A DNA stretch of 63,717 nt, filler included, from Choristocarpus tenellus KU-1152 (taxonomy: Eukaryota; Protista; Phaeophyceae): assembly GCA_964200185.2 (NCBI GenBank). It is 9 parts of 9 records of this genome, joined end to end, with 100 filler letters (N's around TTAATTAATTAA, not from the genome) between each part and the next. Parts side by side here need not be neighbours in the genome. Positions count along the whole stretch, not along the records: positions 31,804 to 42,329 come from CAXNAD020002874.1; positions 42,430 to 45,590 come from CAXNAD020021861.1; positions 45,691 to 48,889 come from CAXNAD020021603.1; positions 48,990 to 52,689 come from CAXNAD020018437.1; positions 52,790 to 55,875 come from CAXNAD020022416.1; 4 more parts are not named here. One strand, given 5' to 3'. A program made the translations under genes and the position numbers. This document shows positions 41,251-54,241 of the stretch, piece after piece. Positions within the stretch are counted from its first letter, which is position 1, and the number at the start of each line of letters is the position of its first letter. The notes beneath the pieces were generated by a model. It made no database searches. It was not told the DNA's origin and was given only the letters and a program-made list of their open reading frames with translations.

Positions 41251-42032
41251 CTGGAGGGAGGGGAAGGGGAGAGGAATCAGCAGAGTGCCTAGAGGGGTGT
41301 TGGGTGGATGGAATGGGTGTTGGCTATACATGAGAAACTACGGCTAGGTAGCAACAAGTCACACCTCGTCTAATTGATGACAACCGAAAATAAAACCTGG
41401 GTGGGGAAAATCACTCGCCAATCCAGATTAGGGTTAGGGGTAAAGGCTCTCTCTGGCGTGAACAGAGACGAAATGACTAGAAGTAAGAGTAAGAAAAGAT
41501 GTAACAACTATATAGTTTCAAACGATTTTTCAATGAAGCAAGTGACCAGGAAAGTACCGACCGAAAGGCTTTCACAGGCAATTTAATTCATTTGAGGTCA
41601 TTTGAGGGACATCAATTCGATTCCTCCTGCTGATTTTCCTTCAAAGAAACAGAAGCAGGAGAAAATGGACGGACGGATGGATGGTGAAATGAAATACGCC
41701 AGACTAGATCCAAAAGCAAAAAGAGTGTTGTGTTCAATATTTTCTATATCGTGGCAATGATTCCTTCCATCGGTTAATCTCACCGGGCAGATGTGTATAT
41801 ATTTGTATTTATATACTGGGCATGCAATGACACCTGAACAACCTCCAACCAAACTACAAAAACATCTCAAATATACACCTCATCTACCAATCAATCATCA
41901 GCCAAAAAGAATGGTATAACCTTCAACGGTCAAAGAGCTAGCAAGAAGGTCGACTTTGGATGCACCCTCAACCTCAAGGAGATCAAAAAGAAAGGATGTG
42001 TTCGCCTGTACATGGACGGACAGACAACCCAC

Positions 42033-42033
<1 letters not shown>

Positions 42034-42066
<33 letters not shown>
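42034..42066. repeat. (CAA)n microsatellite
   Basis: About 11 CAA units. Confidence 0.9.
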
Positions 42067-42158
42067 ACTCCGTCCAGAAGGCAGGAACGGGGAAATGAGA
42101 GGCAACGAGCCATAGATGAACAAAACCTCTTGTGCATTACAATATGAAAGGCATTGAA

Positions 42159-42329
42159 TCTTTCCTCCTATTCACATCTTTTCTAAACCATCATTGTCCT
42201 TGTCTTTCCTCCTATTCACATCTTTTCTAAACCATCATTGTCCTTGTCTTTCCTCCTATTCACATCTTTTCTAAACCATCATTGTCCTTGTCTTTCCTCC
42301 TATTCACATCTTTTCTAAACCATCATTGT
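42159..42329. repeat. 44-bp tandem repeat, ~4 copies, running into a gap
   Basis: Unit TCTTTCCTCCTATTCACATCTTTTCTAAACCATCATTGTCCTTG. Confidence 0.92.
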
Positions 42330-42477
42330 NNNNNNNNNNNNNNNNNNNNNNNNNNNNNNNNNNNNNNNNNNNNTTAATTAATTAANNNNNNNNNNNNNNN
42401 NNNNNNNNNNNNNNNNNNNNNNNNNNNNNATTCAGGATCTCAACAAGTTCGTTTCCAATCAGAACCAGAGCCTGATG

Positions 42478-42522
42478 GGGTCAAAAACGGACGCCGGCAC
42501 CCCCCCCTAGATATTTTGACCC
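42478..42522. mobile_element. 45-bp mini-MITE with TSD
   Basis: GGGTCAAAA...TTTTGACCC flanked by ATG on both sides. Confidence 0.7.
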
Positions 42523-43209
42523 ATGGTCAGCTCAACAGGAAAAAAATGGGAGAGCATGCATGCCAATTCGAGATGCACATGCATGTAGAAGTCAAACAGG
42601 GAGAGGCTGGGGCGGAAAGTCTCTCATTTGCCTTGAGAGAATAACTTGGGGTGCCTTTCAGAAAGCATTTATATGTCCGTTGCTGCCGTGACTTATTTGG
42701 CGATGTCAGGTATAGCCTAAGGTGTACACACGATGGGAGAAGCTCATGCAGAGCTTGCGCGGTATTAAGGCCCCCAAAACCGCTTAACCTTGCAAAACAG
42801 AAGGTGACTGTAACGTGCGTTAGTTCCTTTAGTTATTTTTATTTGCATGTATGTGGAATGTCCACGACGATACCAAACTTTGTCAGCTGTGCCTTCTCGA
42901 CAGCAAGAAAAAACGGTAGGAACACATTTTCCGTTCTTCCTTCGCCCTTCCATTGCGTGGTCCACCTGGTCTTCTAGGCACAGATGTTTCTTCAGGGAGA
43001 TGGTGAAGAAATATGACGGAAGATGCCCACGTTCGCGAAACCAATGGTTGGCGACAACCCTGGAAGCATTGGGAAGGTGAAGAGATAAGCCAGGGCATTC
43101 GTCTATAAAACCACCAACACTTCGGAAGCAAAAGGCGAGACATTGCGTGTAGATAGGTGTAGATGTACATGTCCATGTTGACATCCTTGCATTACGCATT
43201 GCCCGGGTC

Positions 43210-44540
43210 TTGCTAACCATGCTGTGCTCTGTATCAACAAATGGGAAATGGGGAGTTGAACTGCTACTTCATTCGTTGCAGTTGAACCCGAACCAGAGTT
43301 TCAAGTTTGTTGTCATCGAGACAAATGCACAAACACAGGAAGAATTGCTCTCCCCGAAGAAGGTGTGCCATTCCCATAGTGTATTGGCACTGTTGCTCAC
43401 TGTCGACGACAAGTGCCAATGGATGAGTAATTGCATGCCGCTGTTCACTTTCTCGTATGAGCTTGAAGATGGTCTTTGTTGTTCCTCATGGCCCAAGAGT
43501 ATCTGGGAGGGGGTGACGGCTGTCCATTTGGGGACCATTTTTCCTTGTCGCGATCTTTGGGTGATTTGGTTGCATGCATCTGATGGAAAATGTAAGTGCA
43601 CTTCTCCTGGTCAGGGCCCAAATGGATACCCCAGTGTAAACCTCACCCCCCCACCCCCCGATATTTTGAGCCTCATTGAACTGTGCTCACTACTGTCTGT
43701 CCCTTACAATTCTCCACTGTCACAGATTCTGGCCTTGGAGCTTTCTAACGCTTGGAGTGGGCAATGCCTCACTCATACAGTTTACAATTACCAACAATCA
43801 GGTGGTCCTCCTTGCGATTAAAAAAATATGCCTCGAGGAGAATACTGAAAACTTCGAGTTCTTTCTCAACTCTATGAAGGAACGAGCGGGTATGAAGGCC
43901 TTCCTGTCGTCCAAGGACCTCGTGATTTTTTAAGACTGAGCAAAAGGTCTGATGACTTCCAACACCCCGGCACACACCCAATGCCTTGCATCGAGTGGCG
44001 AATCACTTTCCACTATATCCTGGACAAGTATTGCTTCGGTGAATTGAACAAAATTAGTAGTACTCCGTACATGTGTAATGCCTATTTATAGCAATTACAT
44101 TTTCACTATTATCATCAAACGCATCTATATGAACGGACTTCAACCATCTATTGAGGTGATTTTGTTTTAGTAGCACACCTCTCGAACGGTTGGTCCAACT
44201 AATTGGCATGTGGGGCAATACATGTACTATGAATAAATAAAGCATGAAAATGCTTTAAATTTCATAGTGAACAAGGAATTCCTGATGACTGAACTCTACA
44301 TAAAATGTTGGAACCATTTCAATTGCTTCTTCAAAACATAGGCATCTGAGGCACCAAATGAGGTTCTATCTCAAAGGCACTTGGATGCTGTTCGTTCCAA
44401 CCAGTCCCATAATTTGGCGTACATGGAAACAATGGAGAGGGACGCATGGGTTGACCTCTATAGTAGTGGGAGAAAGTGCTTTGGTGTACACAGCAACAAT
44501 GCAGCAGAAACAACCAATAGTTGGCTGATTAACAAGGTGA
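43210..44540 (+). mobile_element. MULE/MuDR transposase remnant
   Basis: LAIKKICLEENTENFEFFLNSMK...VIF*D*AKGL and FGVHSNNAAETTNSWL, typical MULE motifs. Interrupted by a MITE. Confidence 0.7.
43490..43672 (+). mobile_element. MITE family B copy nested in the MULE remnant
   Basis: GGCCCAAGAGTATCTGGG ... GATATTTTGAGCC; TCAT on both flanks. Confidence 0.75.
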
Positions 44541-44607
44541 GTGAAGAAGGCATGAGCTTGGTGGGTAATCATTGCTGGTCATATCCTGGAGAGGTTCATT
44601 GTGCTGA

Positions 44608-44866
44608 GAGTTAAATTATCTTAGAGGGTACGAGTCTTTCCCTGTTTGTTCATTTGGGGCTTGGCTTCCAACAGGCATTTTATGACATTTTGCCTACTCC
44701 AAAATGGTTAGGAGTAGGAACAATGTATACGTTATGAAAAGTAGTGTCCGGAACAAAGATATTGACATCTCCCAACAAACATGATAACCAGAATTACATC
44801 AAAATTGCAACATTGGATCTTGGCCCCCAAATGGACGCGGCTCCACCCTCTAAGATACTTTGACTC
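44608..44866 (+). mobile_element. MITE family A copy
   Basis: TIRs as in family A; TSD TGA. Confidence 0.85.
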
Positions 44867-45530
44867 TGAGAAATGTAAGTATTGAGATCGATAGGATAAC
44901 CCCATAGGCTAGTCCAGGCAAGAAGTCTCAAGCGCTGTCCTAGCACATTTCGTCCACCCTTGGTTAAATATGTACACTTTTTGTTATCCAGAATGGATCC
45001 AAATATCTCTTAAGTCCTTGCCATACAAGTATCTATGCCTAATCTGGAAGCTTCCTACTTTTACTCAATTTTCGCACATAACCCTTCTTTCCCTCTGTCC
45101 ATGCAAGTATGAAGATATATCTGGTTGTCAAGAGTATTGTTGCCCAAAGATAAAGTTCATAATGATGTGAAGAACTTTAGCAGCAAATCAGTTATTCTCA
45201 CTTACCTTTTCTGTGCTTGAAGAAACGGTTTTAGGCGGCTTTGAAATAGCAACTATCGATTTGTAACAAAAAGGCTATGACGAAGATTAATCGAGAAAGT
45301 CGATTTGTACTTTGAAGTGAATTGTAGGCGATATTTTTGTTGCCATCGCCCTCTCCACAACTTGTGCCCAGTAGTGAGAGTTGGATGTGACAGGGGTTGG
45401 ACATGGACCACTCACATCACGTGCTAGACTTCTTGCATCATCAACACCTGCATGATGTGGTGGGTGATAATGAGTCTACACGTCATCAGCAGACTTGCAG
45501 TGACACTATGGCCACACAGGTTAAACAACT

Positions 45531-45590
45531 CAGTGAAAGTATCTTAGAAGGTACAAGTTTTGCCCTGTTTGTCCATTTGGAGCTTGGCTT
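45531..45590 (+). mobile_element. MITE family A left end, cut by a gap
   Basis: CAGTGAAAGTATCTTAGAAGGTACAAGTTTTGCCCTGTTTGTCCATTTGG. Confidence 0.75.
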
Positions 45591-45852
45591 NNNNNNNNNN
45601 NNNNNNNNNNNNNNNNNNNNNNNNNNNNNNNNNNTTAATTAATTAANNNNNNNNNNNNNNNNNNNNNNNNNNNNNNNNNNNNNNNNNNNNGTAGATGTCT
45701 TCTAGCTCAAAGGCACGGTATGAAGGGGATGATGAAGGGGGGTTCTTGGATGATTGTGGAGTGGTGTTGAGTGGTGTTGAGTGGTGTTGAATGGTGTGAT
45801 GGAGTGGTAACTGGTGTGGGGTTGAGTGGGGTTGAAAGGGGTGGTAGAGACC

Positions 45853-46053
45853 GGAAATCAGTGGCGAAAGGGGTTGCACTGGTTGGTCATCGGATAGGGA
45901 GGGTGACTGGAAATCAGAGGCGAAGGGGGTTCGCCCTTGGTCATCAGATGTGGGGGTGACTGGAAATCAGGGGCGAAGGGGGTTCGCCCTGGTTGGTCAT
46001 CAGATATGGGGGTGACTGGAAATCAGTAGCGAAGAGGTTGCACTGGTTGGTCA
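45853..46053. repeat. ~56-bp minisatellite, ~3.5 copies
   Basis: GGAAATCAG anchor recurs at 45853, 45909, 45962 and 46018. Preceded by GTGGTGTTGA 10-mers at ~45761-45830. Confidence 0.85.
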
Positions 46054-48630
46054 CAAGGGTTGTTAGAATATAAGGAGAAAAGGGAATAGGGAGGAATACA
46101 AATGTAGAATAGAATAATAATAATAATCCAGAATTCGTGAGCAAAACAAAACTCCATAATAAGCAGAATAATAGTTCTAAAAGAACAAAATAGCATGAAT
46201 AATGATAATGTAAACAATGACCCAATAGAAGTACAGATAGTTACTGTCAGAGATCAAGGTTGCAATTAAGAAAATCCATCCAGAAGGCCCAGACCACATG
46301 GCCGAGAGACAGACAAGTCAAAGAGATAGTTCTAAAACGCATTGATTTATTATTGGTGCATCGATAATATCCCAACATCTACAATCCTATTTACCAACTT
46401 GTGGTTAATCGTCAAGTTTCACTCCACTACCTTCCTGCATTTTAAGCCCCAATATCATATCACAGCCAGAGTGCTTTACTTAGAATGTCCAAGCAGTTTA
46501 TACAAAAACGTACTTGAACCTGTTGCTAGAGATCGTTTGGATTCTTGGACCCCCAGACTCAAGGGGTATGACGATGAATAACAGGAGTTGATCGGTGTAC
46601 ACAGGTGTCTTGATTGGCTTGCTTTGAACTGTCTGTCTTCTATATCTATGTAAGAGATGGGATGTGTGACCAGAGCAGATGGTATAACTTAGTATGTAAA
46701 AGTCTAGACTGAACACAACACTGACAAGTGGGCGATGATAATATTTTAACCCGATGAAGGTATATTCAGTCAAGGAGCCACTGTCACTATATGACAACTT
46801 CGTGTCTTCACAGATATCAGTATGATACTGTTCGAGTCCAGTCAAACAGTCATAAAAAACTGTAACACTGTACGTCAGTGCACTTCATACATTGTGTATA
46901 CGATTTTCTTGTCCAGAATACGACTGACTGCTCTGGTCGCTACAGAATAATGTGATCGGTCTGATAGGTTGTATGATACGGAAAAACAAAGTATTACGTT
47001 TGGGCATAAAGTTTCAAACAAAGGTCAAGAAGGGAGAGAACGACTTAGACTTACAAAAGTCAGGCCTAATTAACATCTCTTTGGGCCAATAAAGGCCGGG
47101 TACTTGACGACTAAGAGTCCGGTACCTAATAACAGGAGTGCCCCATCCCCCTCACCAAGATAATTGAGACCGGTAGAAAAGGAATGTCGTCAACTGTAAG
47201 GTAATAGGTACTTTGTGACCTGAGCAAACCCAATAGGTTGGGAAATCACAGTTCGTCCTGTTCAAGAAGTGGTGTTGGGTGGGACCGAAATGAACCAGGA
47301 TTGGGAGGGTTTAAGGTTCACCTGGCATTGAATTCGAGGCGGAATAGACGGGGTTGATACCCAACTTTGAAGGAACCAAAGATGGGAGCGGGAGATGATG
47401 AGGGCCCGCAGTAGATCCTTATGAAACCTGGCATCACGTACTACGCACTATGCACTTCATACTACATGATGCATACAAACAGAAAAATAAATGTTTGGGC
47501 GAATGGATGACAACAGCACCGTAACTACCAAGTACAGGACTTGCTACAGTGAACTCACTCAAAGAATGAGATACACACCACTTTCCTTACCCTTACACCC
47601 TACAATTATAAGGAGGGAGGCACAAATAAAAATTGGAAAACTAGAACATTATAACTGTACAAGATGGTACAGCGCATGTGTAGGGATATTGTTGTGAAAA
47701 TGGGGTTGAGGATGGACTCAGCCTGAAGAGGAGTAGGTCCCTGGTTGATTAATGCTTGAAGGTATTTAATACCTCAAAGTTGCTAGCTGCAAGGGCAACA
47801 CTTTGGCAAGGTAAAGTTGGAAGGAATAGAGGTAGGAAGTGACAAAGGACTCAAGAAGGGGGGAGCACGGGGCCTGAGGTTGCGTCAAGACCTTCAACAA
47901 CCCATGAGAGCAAATGGTCAAACATCCCGCAATCACTCACAAAAAACACCTGAAAAATGTCCTACTTTTTGTCCCAAAATGTTTTGGAATGATGAGCGGA
48001 TGACTTCTAATTGTGGATTAGTCATTCTCACGTCAGCGACTATCAGGCATGGAGACACAGTGATACTCCGCAGGAAGTCATTCTTAGTTCCAATGCACCG
48101 AAACACCAGTACCAACCTGATTGCAGGTTGTCCCTCAAATCCAGGAACTTGCTATGACTATGTTCCTTTTCCTTTTCATGGCAAGTCAGTCATCTCTGGT
48201 AATGTACAAGGTAACAATTGTATTGAAACATTTGGCTTTGAAGCACTACAACATGGTCAAAGACTGACTGCCTTGTATGAACTGAAAACACGGTGTGCTA
48301 TCTTAATTTCTGACAAACACATACAGATAACCAGTATACACAAGCAAGTGATAGTGGCAATACTAATGCCAACAACAGTAAGAAATGTAACCCTGATGAA
48401 AGTAGAGACTAAGTACTTCTTCTCTATCAACTTGAAGTGCCCCGACCCCCTTCCTGACCTATTGATCACATTCACATGGTTTCTCATTGTGGATATGATG
48501 CTGTAGTACTACTACTGGTGGTGAGTTTGTCTCCGTATCACGCCGATCGCTGTTGCCATTTTTTTTTAACATTCTCCAACATGAACTTGCACTGAGAGAG
48601 GGCGACACAAAGGGATATTCTTGTAACTTT

Positions 48631-48805
48631 GACCCAAAGTATCTGGGGGAGGGTGGGTCTTCACCAAAGTGTCCATTTGGACCAACACCAAGAAAAGTGC
48701 ACTTTCATTATCCATCCTACGTATGGAACCAAATCACCCAAAAATTGTGACATGAAAATTTAGCTCCAAATGGACAACCACCACCCCCCCCAGGTACTTT
48801 GATCC
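48631..48805 (-). mobile_element. MITE family B copy
   Basis: GACCCAAAGTATCTGGGG ... CCCCAGGTACTTTGATCC; interior is the reverse complement of 43490-43672. Confidence 0.75.
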
Positions 48806-48806
48806 A

Positions 48807-48851
48807 GGGTGAAAGACGGACGCCGGCACCCCCCCCCCAGGAACTTGACCC
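48807..48851. mobile_element. 45-bp mini-MITE copy
   Basis: GGGTGAAAGACGGACGCCGGCAC(C)nAGGAACTTGACCC. Confidence 0.65.
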
Positions 48852-50201
48852 CTCGCGCAACCACAACGCTTGCATCAAGAAAAAAATAANNNNNNNNNNN
48901 NNNNNNNNNNNNNNNNNNNNNNNNNNNNNNNNNTTAATTAATTAANNNNNNNNNNNNNNNNNNNNNNNNNNNNNNNNNNNNNNNNNNNNCAGTCAATTTT
49001 GGGTCAAGCCCATCCTCAATGAAAAACTCCATCGTCAATTTTTGAAATCGGCTGTTAATTGTCCACTTTTGTTGAGACCTTTATCTTACTTAGTATACAT
49101 CTGCCATTTTTCTTTAATATGGTTACACATACCTTTCGAAGTATAAATAATGAGTCAAGTAAACAAGAGGTACCCAGAGTGGCATTAGAAGAATGTGGCC
49201 AAATATGTGCAAATTTCGGTTTTTGTACAATTTTGTACAGGATTTTCTCTGAAATGTGTCTGAAATTTTGCAGAAAACAGAGAAATAATTGCTCTCAGGT
49301 CAAATTTTGAACTCCATCCACAGAAATTTGGGTGGATTGCAAAATATTGAAAAGCAAACAAAAAATGCAAAATGACCAAAGCCTGACTACCTCTTATTTA
49401 CTTTGACTCGATATGTTACATTGCGGCATCATCACCTAACAAATAATAACCCGTGCCTGCCTCCTTGCAAGCTTTTGCTGCATCTGCAATGCGTGGCATA
49501 TCGGACAGAAAGCAGCTGCTTCTTCAGCTGCTTGACCACAATGTTGTCTGACTTGATATCACTGCAGTACATGATGGCCTTGTGCATGTTGTAGAAGGCA
49601 CTTATAACCCTGGAGACAGGGTAGATGGGATACTGTGTTCCGAAGATGCATCAAAATCGAAAATATAGAGCACCCGTCCACCCTTCTTCAATTCAAAATG
49701 TCGCCCTTGAAGGCACTCTCACACTCTTGCTGACATTTGACACAGTAGTTTCAAGTACAACAACATCATGGTCATTCCACACAAGTTCCAATGCAAATGT
49801 TATAAGCCTGTTTTGGTGGACTTTGAGATCACCCACTCAATTAGATATTATGGTATTGTGGTATGACAATTGTCCATCTTTGCTATTGATAATTTTGTTG
49901 TGGATAATGCCACTTGCCTCCTAGTCACACACTGGCAACATACAGAGATCGAGGGTGTTGGATGTGAAAGCAAAATTATATGACGAATTTAGAACATCCC
50001 TCTGATTCGAGGAGTGGTGGTGTCGAGAAGACAGAGAGGAATGTTTTTGTACTTGTCCTACAATATAGGGTTGGGTGTAATTGGTTAAGAGGTCTATGTG
50101 TTTTTTGAACTGCACATATATATGTAGGTGTAGTAACCAAATGCATCGAAGTATAGAAGGTGCGTCAAACTCCACACAGAAAAAACTCTAGCACTAACCC
50201 A

Positions 50202-50403
50202 TTCTTCTCAATCACTAATATAATATACTCTTCCCAATCTTTTGATCTCTCCACTTTGTTCTTCGCTGCGTTCTTCGCTTCGCTCACCATGCACAAGATT
50301 ACAATTGTTAACTCCTTCCTCTCAATCACTAATAAAATATACTCTTCCCAATCTTTCGTTCTCTTCACTTTGTTCTTCGCTGCGTTCTTCGCTTCGCTCA
50401 CCA
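50202..50403. repeat. tandem duplication, period 114 bp
   Basis: 50202-50289 is nearly identical to 50316-50403. Confidence 0.85.
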
Positions 50404-50566
50404 AAAATGTGTGCTACTACAGATACGATTTAACTAGTGTCCAGTGCAACCCCACACCTTCAATTCCACCCCTTTCCTGCGCTTTGCGAGTTATGGTACA
50501 GAATAACTACGTGTGGGGTCCCATTTCAATACAAATTGACGTGTTAAACAACCACAATCCTCCTCA

Positions 50567-51905
50567 ATGGACGAAAACAAGGAGTATTTGTTGAGTATAC
50601 TCAATCTTTTGTATGTGTTCTTGCCTGACGAGAGAGACCCAAGCGCGGGTGATCCCAACGAGGTGTTAGAGTTCTTGGACCTTGTGCTGCAGGGTAGGTA
50701 TGACGACGAAAGCATCTACGGATTGCTCGATCTCATTGGCATGGATAGATTCTGTCTTTGGAATATCAGTCAGTTGTCTGGCATCGACATTGGTGATGCG
50801 ATGGGCGTACTCATCATGTGGCATTCGAGCAACAGTCTTGGCGTGGATACCGGCCTACTCCAACGGTTCGCGACCTCATTGCTTTGGTTGCATGTGCTCT
50901 CCATAAATGCGGTGGAGTTGTATTTCAACTTCGACCGCCAGGTACGTACCTCAGATCCTCCATTGATGATCAAACAGAGGAAGTCGGTTGATCTTTTTAG
51001 TTCCAACAGTCTATGACTCTGGCTTGTCGTCTTGTGTGTTGTGTCTTCCACTCCATGGGTCAGGTGATCTTGACGCCAATTTCCTGTAGTGCCAGTAAAG
51101 TCGTCTGACCACCACCTTAGTCACCCCAGAGATATGTAGCTGACGTGAAGATGTTCTTGCGATGTATTTCCCACCCCCTCCATGTCAATGGTTCACAAGT
51201 TAAACTAGGCAAAATAGAATACGAGCAGTCAGTCAAAGGTAGATGTGTTGGGGGGGGGCTGCGTTTCTAACAGGATGCTACATACTTGTGATGATCCGTC
51301 TTCTATTTCTGGTTGAGTCTCCACTCTCTAAGGGAAAGACCTTTCCAATCACTAGGTTCAAGTTCTTCAGTGCAGAACCAAATCGTATTGATTCATTGGC
51401 GAACACAATTGTTTTATTTCTACAAAACACTCAATGCCGCAGTGAGCTCTGTCCTCTGATTTCTTGGTTGGATAATTCGACCGACATTATGTAGTCAATC
51501 ATATCTCACGTGTCTGGCTGTAGCATTGTTGGAAAGAAAGCAGAATTCCTAATCATTTGAGACACAGGATCGCCCCCGCTGTCTGGAAGAGGCCAGGTTG
51601 AAATATATTTTGTCCAATGATCTGCCTAACTCCACAACATGCACACACCACATACGCTGTGCCCTTTTTTATTGCTCTTCCAGAACGATGGAAGAATCCT
51701 CTTCCAAGTGATAAGGAATGCTTCGCACTTTCCTACAATGCTGCACCCAGGGATGTGGGATCGAATCGATTACAACGTCGGGCGAATTGTCCAACCAGGC
51801 GATATCGATCCTGGTCACCTCCAAGAGCTCTTCCAATTGCTGAGTGCCCTCAATCGTGGCAGAAATCGAAGCACAGGGCTCACTGCGGCATTGAGTGCTT
51901 TATAG
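50567..51905 (+). CDS. hypothetical protein, 2 exons, 198 aa
   Basis: ATG at 50567; donor CAG|GTACGT at 50941/50942; pyrimidine-rich acceptor TTTTTTATTGCTCTTCCAG at 51683; phase-0 join; stop at 51905. No recognisable family. Confidence 0.5.
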
Positions 51906-53447
51906 AAGCAAGATTATTGTGTTTGCCACTATATCAATACGACTTGGTTCTGTGAATGAAGATCTTGAGCCTAGTGAATGGAAAGGTCTTTTTCCCTAAG
52001 AGAACGTGTATGAGAATGTAGTATTGTAATGGTGGAGATAGGTATGTGCAAGAGATGCTGTCGCGAGATTATGTTTTTTAGTGCTCTGTTTTGTGTTGCA
52101 GCGATAATTGAACCACTACACCCTGCACACTTACAGAGTGACTCCGTAGATTGTGAGATAACTTCGTAGACTCCTATTGTTTGTTTAGGTAAGATGGAGA
52201 CTAAACCAGAATAGAAGTCAGGAGAAGAAAAGAGAGGCCCTACACTGGCCCCTTGACAAACGCGATGGATGGCAAAAGGCAGAGGGTGGCCTCGTAAATG
52301 GGTCTCATCGCGTGTCATTATGTTTCTTTATCCGCCAAAGGATTCCTTCGTATCAACACCTTAGAAATAAAGCCTTGGAGGAAACATACCACTACCACTA
52401 TTACATCCGTTAAGCCTAACAAAAATACAACCAATCGGACAATAGTAAGGTGTGCCATATTTTTTGTATGTGAGATTATGGGATTTGAATTGAGTTCATG
52501 TGATGTAACCAATGAGATAATACATCTGGATTTTGTATGGAGTTTGCTATTGCAATAGAACTACTAGTACATAGTAGTTGACTTATATATGAGGAAAAAA
52601 TACTAATAAACAAGCAATAGAAGACACTGTTAAAGTATCCCCAAAATCATCAAAGAGGATAAAGGTGATAAACCCGGCGAGATTGCTTGNNNNNNNNNNN
52701 NNNNNNNNNNNNNNNNNNNNNNNNNNNNNNNNNTTAATTAATTAANNNNNNNNNNNNNNNNNNNNNNNNNNNNNNNNNNNNNNNNNNNNTTCAACCCGTG
52801 CCTTTAAGCTAGAAGACATCCCCCCCGCCGTAACTTGACCTCTCCTCCCCCCCCCCCTCCCAGTGTTCCCATCGTTCGTGGGCAAGCAACAGAGTGGGTG
52901 GGCAGGAGAGCTTGCTCGGAGGTTGCCTCGGTCTCTCCTCCTCGCCCTGTACCCCTGGTTCTCTTCCCTTTTATCATTCACTGAATGAATGCTGTTTCTC
53001 CCCTTTTCTACCACTCGTTTCCGTTAACCTTCTCTTCCCTTCCTTAACTATTCGTTCCCTTCCTGCTTCCTTCTTTTCTTTCCCCTGCCCCCGTTTGCCC
53101 TGTGCCCCCAGCCAACCAGAATTCTTCCGCCCATATAACTCAGATTATTTCATAAACTCTCACTACTTATTTATTTAAAGGTAGAGAGTTTTGTATGTTA
53201 TACAGTATGTGATTGTACTACTATACAACTAAATGATACGTATCAAAAGTAGGAGTGGAGAATAGTTGTTAATTGTCCCGCTCGCCTTATTGATTGGACC
53301 CATAGCCCGAAAAACAACCCGAGTCTCGAAAATACTTACGATCCTGTTCGAGGTGAGGTACTTCTTCTGTTTGATCTGTGTGCATTCCTTCCAAGTCTCC
53401 TTCACCCAAACGTGTGGGGACAAAATCCAGTCTACAGTTTTCGTTAC

Positions 53448-54241
53448 ATGAACAGCAAATCCTTTGCTTTACTTGCTGCTTGCTCGGCATCTGCTAGGTT
53501 GTTATCTGCGTTCGCTTTTCCCATCTCAAACGTCCCCTTACGACCACAACGATTTAAGCACAAGACCATGACGACAGATGTACATGCAAGTCCAGAGTGG
53601 GAGGAGAGGTGGACTGCCGGTGTCGGCAAGGGAGACTATTGGGATACGGGTTTCGCATCACCAGCGCTTATAGATCTTCTTGAGAAAGGTGCTTTTAGTT
53701 CACATCTAGAGACGGGATGAGTAAATCGAGCCTGTGTATGGTCACCCCACAATGCTCACAGCCCTCGTTGTGCCTTTAATCCTCTCTTAACCTCAGATAC
53801 CCTACCCAAGGGGCGAGCTCTAGTCCCAGGATGTGGGAGGGGGTACGAAGCCGTGGCCTTCGGTCGGTATGGGTATGACTCCATCGGCCTCGACCTCTCA
53901 CCCACTGGGATCCTACAGGCGCAGAAGAATCTAGAAGAAGAAAAAAATCCTCTTACGGGCAAGGTATAGTATGTGGACTGACTGTGGGCTTTGTATCTTG
54001 CTCTATGATTACTCCATTTTTGTTGATGGCATCTAACTATGATTGAAGACCTGAATTGTCGAGGCAACAAACATACAAGCGTGTAGGTTGAATCAACACG
54101 ACAGTGGGCTCAAGTAAATCGAGTTTGTTTTCTTGCTTGGCTCGGGGTCGCACAGGTGGAGTTCCGCTCCGGCGATTTCTTCAAGTTCAGGCCTGAGGAA
54201 GAGGGAAAGTTTGATGTTATTCTGGACTACACATTCCTCTG
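53448..54241 (+). CDS. SAM-dependent halide/thiol methyltransferase (HOL/TPMT family), first three exons; 3' part not found
   Basis: Exons 53448-53688, 53797-53963, 54156-54241: WEERW...WDTGFASPAL..LPKGRALVPGCGRGYEAV..GLDLSPTG..GDFFKF..FDVILDYTFLC. Confidence 0.9.

Noticed and set aside
42159-42329. Possible CRISPR-like array
   Set aside because: Units are contiguous with no unique spacers; it is a minisatellite in a eukaryote.
53334-53390. Possible divergent first exon opposite the methyltransferase (GTAAGT donor on minus)
   Set aside because: No downstream exon or homology recognisable before the gap.
7750-54241. IspE plus methyltransferase as a biosynthetic cluster
   Set aside because: They are on different contigs separated by six artificial linkers, with no functional link shown.
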